From Hormoscilla sp. (lineage in GTDB: Bacteria > Cyanobacteriota > Cyanobacteriia > Cyanobacteriales > Desertifilaceae), in the NCBI GenBank assembly GCA_051439505.1, contig JBFRWI010000221.1, positions 1 to 19,735 of the forward strand: 19,735 bases of DNA, read 5' to 3'. Below are positions 17,000 to 19,735 of the stretch, piece by piece. Under the pieces are notes generated by a model that worked only from the letters and a program-made list of their open reading frames with translations, was not told where the DNA came from and searched no databases. Each line of letters begins with the position of its first letter. Position 1 is the stretch's first letter. The translations under genes and the position numbers were made by a program.

Positions 17000-17078
17000 C
17001 GGACCCTCCCAGTCGCAGGATCTCCTCCACGGGGGGTTTGGGGGGGGCTCGGAGTACACAACTGCTCTTACAAACCCG

Positions 17079-17141
17079 TTTACATTGGGTTAGGGTAAAC
17101 TTACATAGGCTTAATGTAAGCTTACATAGGCTTAATGTAAG
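17079..17141. repeat. Three tandem 21-nt palindromic units (TTAC-N11-GTAA)
   Basis: tttacattgggttagggtaaa / cttacataggcttaatgtaag / cttacataggcttaatgtaag. Confidence 0.9.
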
Positions 17142-17323
17142 GCAGTAATAGTTCGTTGTCAGCAAGCAATAGCTTATTGTCAAGCTGCGTCTATGCTTGC
17201 GTTCCATACCATCTGCCGTTTCCAAACTTGCTGTACTCAATAAATAGCAAAACCTGATTGGGACATTAATAAGCCGCAAGTCCCTTAGCCCTGCGATCGC
17301 CGAACATAGAAGCGCTAAAGCGG

Positions 17324-17835
17324 TTACCACCAACCGGCTAAAACTATTGCCACCAACCGGCTAAAGCTCATACTGGCAACCGGGCTTTTTACCAAAACCG
17401 AATTACTATCAACCGGCTAAAGCTTTTACTACCAACCGGTGGTAACCCCTCAAATAAACACAACCGTATCTGCTAACACCTTATCTGATATCCAACGGGT
17501 GTAGTTGGATGGGGCTGTACACCGGTTGTATGCCAACCCGCCGGATGCAACTCAGGAAATAAGCGCGAAAGGGGTTGCTGCCAGTTGGTAGCAACCCCTC
17601 AAATCAAGACAACACCATCCCCATTTAATATCCAACGAGCGTAGTTGGATGCGACTGTACACCGGTTGCAAGCGCTTTAGCGCTTACTACTAACTGGCCA
17701 AAGCGCTTACTAACCGGTGGCAACCGCTCAAACGAGCACAAAACTATCTACCAACACCCCATCTGACATCCAACCAGTGTAGTTGGATGGGGCTGTACGC
17801 CGGTTGTATATCAACCCGCCCCATCCAACCCAGGC
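17324..17835. repeat. Composite non-coding array: 23-nt CAACCGG repeats plus three ~139-bp-spaced ATCCAAC-N7-GTTGGAT units
   Basis: CAACCGG at 17331, 17354, 17377, 17410, 17433; palindromes start at 17490, 17630, 17768. Confidence 0.85.
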
Positions 17836-17895
17836 AACAGGGGTGCGGTCACAAATAGTTGATAGCCGGGAGTCGAGACGCGATGCATGTAATAT

Positions 17896-17971
17896 AGCCC
17901 GCGCAGGCGGGCTTAGTTCCTGTAGCCGGACCCCTCGTTCCCACGGCTCTGCCCGGCGATGCCTGGGAACG
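17896..17971. repeat. Two REP-like hairpins just downstream of glyQ (possible 3'-end structure)
   Basis: AGCCCGC-GCAG-GCGGGCT (17896-17913) and CGTTCCCA...TGGGAACG (17936-17971). Confidence 0.6.
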
Positions 17972-17983
17972 GGTTCGGGCGGC

Positions 17984-18859
17984 TTATCCCTTAGCTGTCA
18001 CCAGTGGTAACCCCAAAGTTTCCCGCTGCTCCAAGTACAGTTTCGCCACCCGTCGGGCCAAATTCCGAATCCGGCCAATATAGCGAGTCCGCTCAGTGAC
18101 CGAAATCACCCCTCGGGCATCCAGCAAATTAAAACTGTGGGAACACTTCAAAACATAGTCAAGACTCGGCAACACCAGGCCCCGCTGAGTCAGTTGCTCA
18201 GCCTCCTGCTCGTACAGGCCAAACAGAGTAAACAGCAGCTCCGGATTAGAAGCCTCAAAATTATAAGTACATTGCTCCACCTCCCCCTGGAGATGAACAT
18301 CACCATAGGTAACAGAGTCAGTCCAGCGAATCTTAGTAAAAGCATCCGTCTCCTGGAGATACATCGTCAGTCGCTCCAGGCCATAGGTAATCTCAATCGA
18401 AACCGGACGACAATCAATCCCGCCGCACTGCTGGAAGTAAGTAAATTGGGAAATTTCCATCCCATCAAGCCAGACTTCCCAGCCCACGCCCCAGGCCCCC
18501 AAAGTCGGAGACTCCCAGTTATCCTCCACAAACCGGATATCATGCTCCTCGGGACGCACGCCCAAGGCCCGCAACGAATCAAGATACATCTCTTGGATAT
18601 TATCCGGTGAAGGCTTAATCAGCAGCTGGTACTGGTAGTAATGTTGATAGCGATTGGGATTTTCCCCGTAACGTCCATCCGTAGGCCGGCGGCAGGGCTC
18701 CACATAGGCCACTGACCACGGTTCAGGCCCGATCGCCCGTAAGAAAGTATGAGGACTCATAGTGCCAGCACCCTTTTCCGTATCGTAGGGCTGGGCGATC
18801 AGGCAGCCCCGATCGGCCCAGAACCGGTGCAAAGTAGCAATCACCGACTGAAAATTCAC
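17984..18859 (-). CDS. glyQ: Glycine--tRNA ligase alpha subunit
   Basis: [74 protein letters not shown] 18859 start with GGAGG upstream. Confidence 0.98.
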   Translation of the reverse strand: MNFQSVIATLHRFWADRGCLIAQPYDTEKGAGTMSPHTFLRAIGPEPWSVAYVEPCRRPTDGRYGENPNRYQHYYQYQLLIKPSPDNIQEMYLDSLRALGVRPEEHDIRFVEDNWESPTLGAWGVGWEVWLDGMEISQFTYFQQCGGIDCRPVSIEITYGLERLTMYLQETDAFTKIRWTDSVTYGDVHLQGEVEQCTYNFEASNPELLFTLFGLYEQEAEQLTQRGLVLPSLDYVLKCSHSFNLLDARGVISVTERTRYIGRIRNLARRVAKLYLEQRETLGLPLVTAKG

Positions 18860-19013
18860 AGAGAAATAGCCTCCCCGAAAAAAAATTTCCAAAAAAATTT
18901 TACCCCAAAACCCTCTCAGGGACTAGGTTTCAGAGATCTGCGAACCATCGCGTCCCAACCAGCAATCAGCAACCACGATCTCAGAAGATGGGCGAGGCTT
19001 CGACCAGGGGTTA

Positions 19014-19439
19014 TCACCGGCGATTTGGACAGCCTTTCAACTGGCTCCGGAACTTTTGGGCTTCAAACCCTTGTATGTCAAGCAAATCAGCCTTATGACC
19101 CACGGGAGTGGCTCGCGATCGCCCCTCCGGAGAGAGGACCGGTCTGACTCAGAGCACATACCGGTCCATAAACTGTCACCCTCGCAGCACCACCGGCAAT
19201 CAGGGTCCAAGCCTCGCCAAGGGAATTTCACTGGCGATTTGGACAGCCTTTCAACTCGCTCCGGAACTTTTTGGGCTTTTATTTATAAGTTTTTCTCGCA
19301 TCAAACCCTTGTCTGTCATGCAAATCAGCCTTATTACCCAGACAATAGCCAGCGATCGCCCCTCCGGAGAGATCACCGGTCTGACTCAGAGCACATACCG
19401 GTCCAGAAGCTAGAACAATCCCATCACCACCGGCAATCA
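19014..19439 (+). repeat. Imperfect tandem duplication of ~190-210 bp units (19014-19202 and 19228-19439)
   Basis: Shared blocks GGCGATTTGGACAGCCTTTCAACT, TCAAACCCTTGT.TGTCA.GCAAATCAGCCTTAT, GCGATCGCCCCTCCGGAGAGA, ACCGGTCTGACTCAGAGCACATACCGGTCCA, CACCACCGGCAATCA. Confidence 0.92.
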
Positions 19440-19735
19440 TCAGAGTTTTTCTGGTCTTTTCACCGGCAACTTACCTCGGGCCACCGGCATAAATGCGACC
19501 TCGAACGCCGAATTCGTGAGTTATTACCTACTAAAATCCTCGTTCGAGCAGGAAATCCTGCTCCGATCCAAGCCTCGCCAAGGTGCGATCGCCGGTGATA
19601 TAGCCAGGATTTCCACCGCCTCGGGAACTTTTTTCGCTTTTTTTCAGAAAAATTTTAGCGGCTCAAACCCTTACCCAGAAAGCATTTCAGAATTTGGAGA
19701 AAAAAAACTTCCCAAAAAACTTGAAATTGGGGTTG

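Larger units (their letters stand above)
1621..19592. repeat. Dispersed HIP1 octamers (GCGATCGC), more than 20 copies
   Basis: Examples at 1621, 2531, 5101, 5877, 8482, 13090, 17293, 19115, 19352; hallmark of cyanobacterial DNA. Confidence 0.95.

Noticed and set aside
16667..17333. Several overlapping 60-137 aa ORFs
   Set aside because: They read through MITE, REP-like and tandem-repeat DNA on both strands, with no protein-family signal.
17324..17835. CRISPR array
   Set aside because: Repeats are degenerate, the intervening sequences are related to each other rather than unique 30-45 nt spacers, and no cas genes are in the window.
2688..18610. Numerous antisense or alternate-frame ORFs inside M48, sbtA, kinase, menB, pspA, vipp1, aminotransferase and glyQ
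   Set aside because: Shadow ORFs of well-supported genes.
17984..18859. glyQ without glyS, and a possible T-box leader
   Set aside because: glyQ and glyS are commonly unlinked in cyanobacteria; no T-box consensus is visible upstream.
19056..19598. 180-aa ORF with an internal repeat
   Set aside because: Explained by the DNA duplication; weak start, atypical S/H/R-rich composition and no motif.

Overview
Chromosomal window from a filamentous cyanobacterium (more than 20 HIP1 GCGATCGC octamers, heptamer tandem repeats, AGAAACCGGGTTTCT palindromes suggestive of Oscillatoriales). Genes, left to right: the 5' end of an unknown gene, an NAD-dependent sugar epimerase/dehydratase, an Arg-rich/Cys-His hypothetical protein, an M48 metalloprotease, sbtA (with an NdhR/CcmR box, no adjacent sbtB), a PD-(D/E)XK-like protein, a Ser/Thr kinase fused to a beta-helix, menB, a small Cys-rich protein, a SPOR-like membrane protein, pspA-vipp1-thioredoxin-aminotransferase, an eroded GAF-GGDEF gene and glyQ. 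The most notable signal is a duplicated ~190-nt promoter/structured-leader module (51-240 and 1874-2065; core 39/40 identical). One copy leads the Arg-rich protein. The other leads a 10-aa truncated copy of that protein's N-terminus, coupled by TGATG to the next gene. This is a candidate RNA-element/RNA-binding-protein regulator of a sugar-nucleotide locus (function inferred). Also seen: an orphan strong promoter with a hairpin-rich transcript, two MITE-like elements with shared ends and unrelated interiors, a duplicated GGDEF motif, and non-coding repeat arrays on both sides of glyQ.
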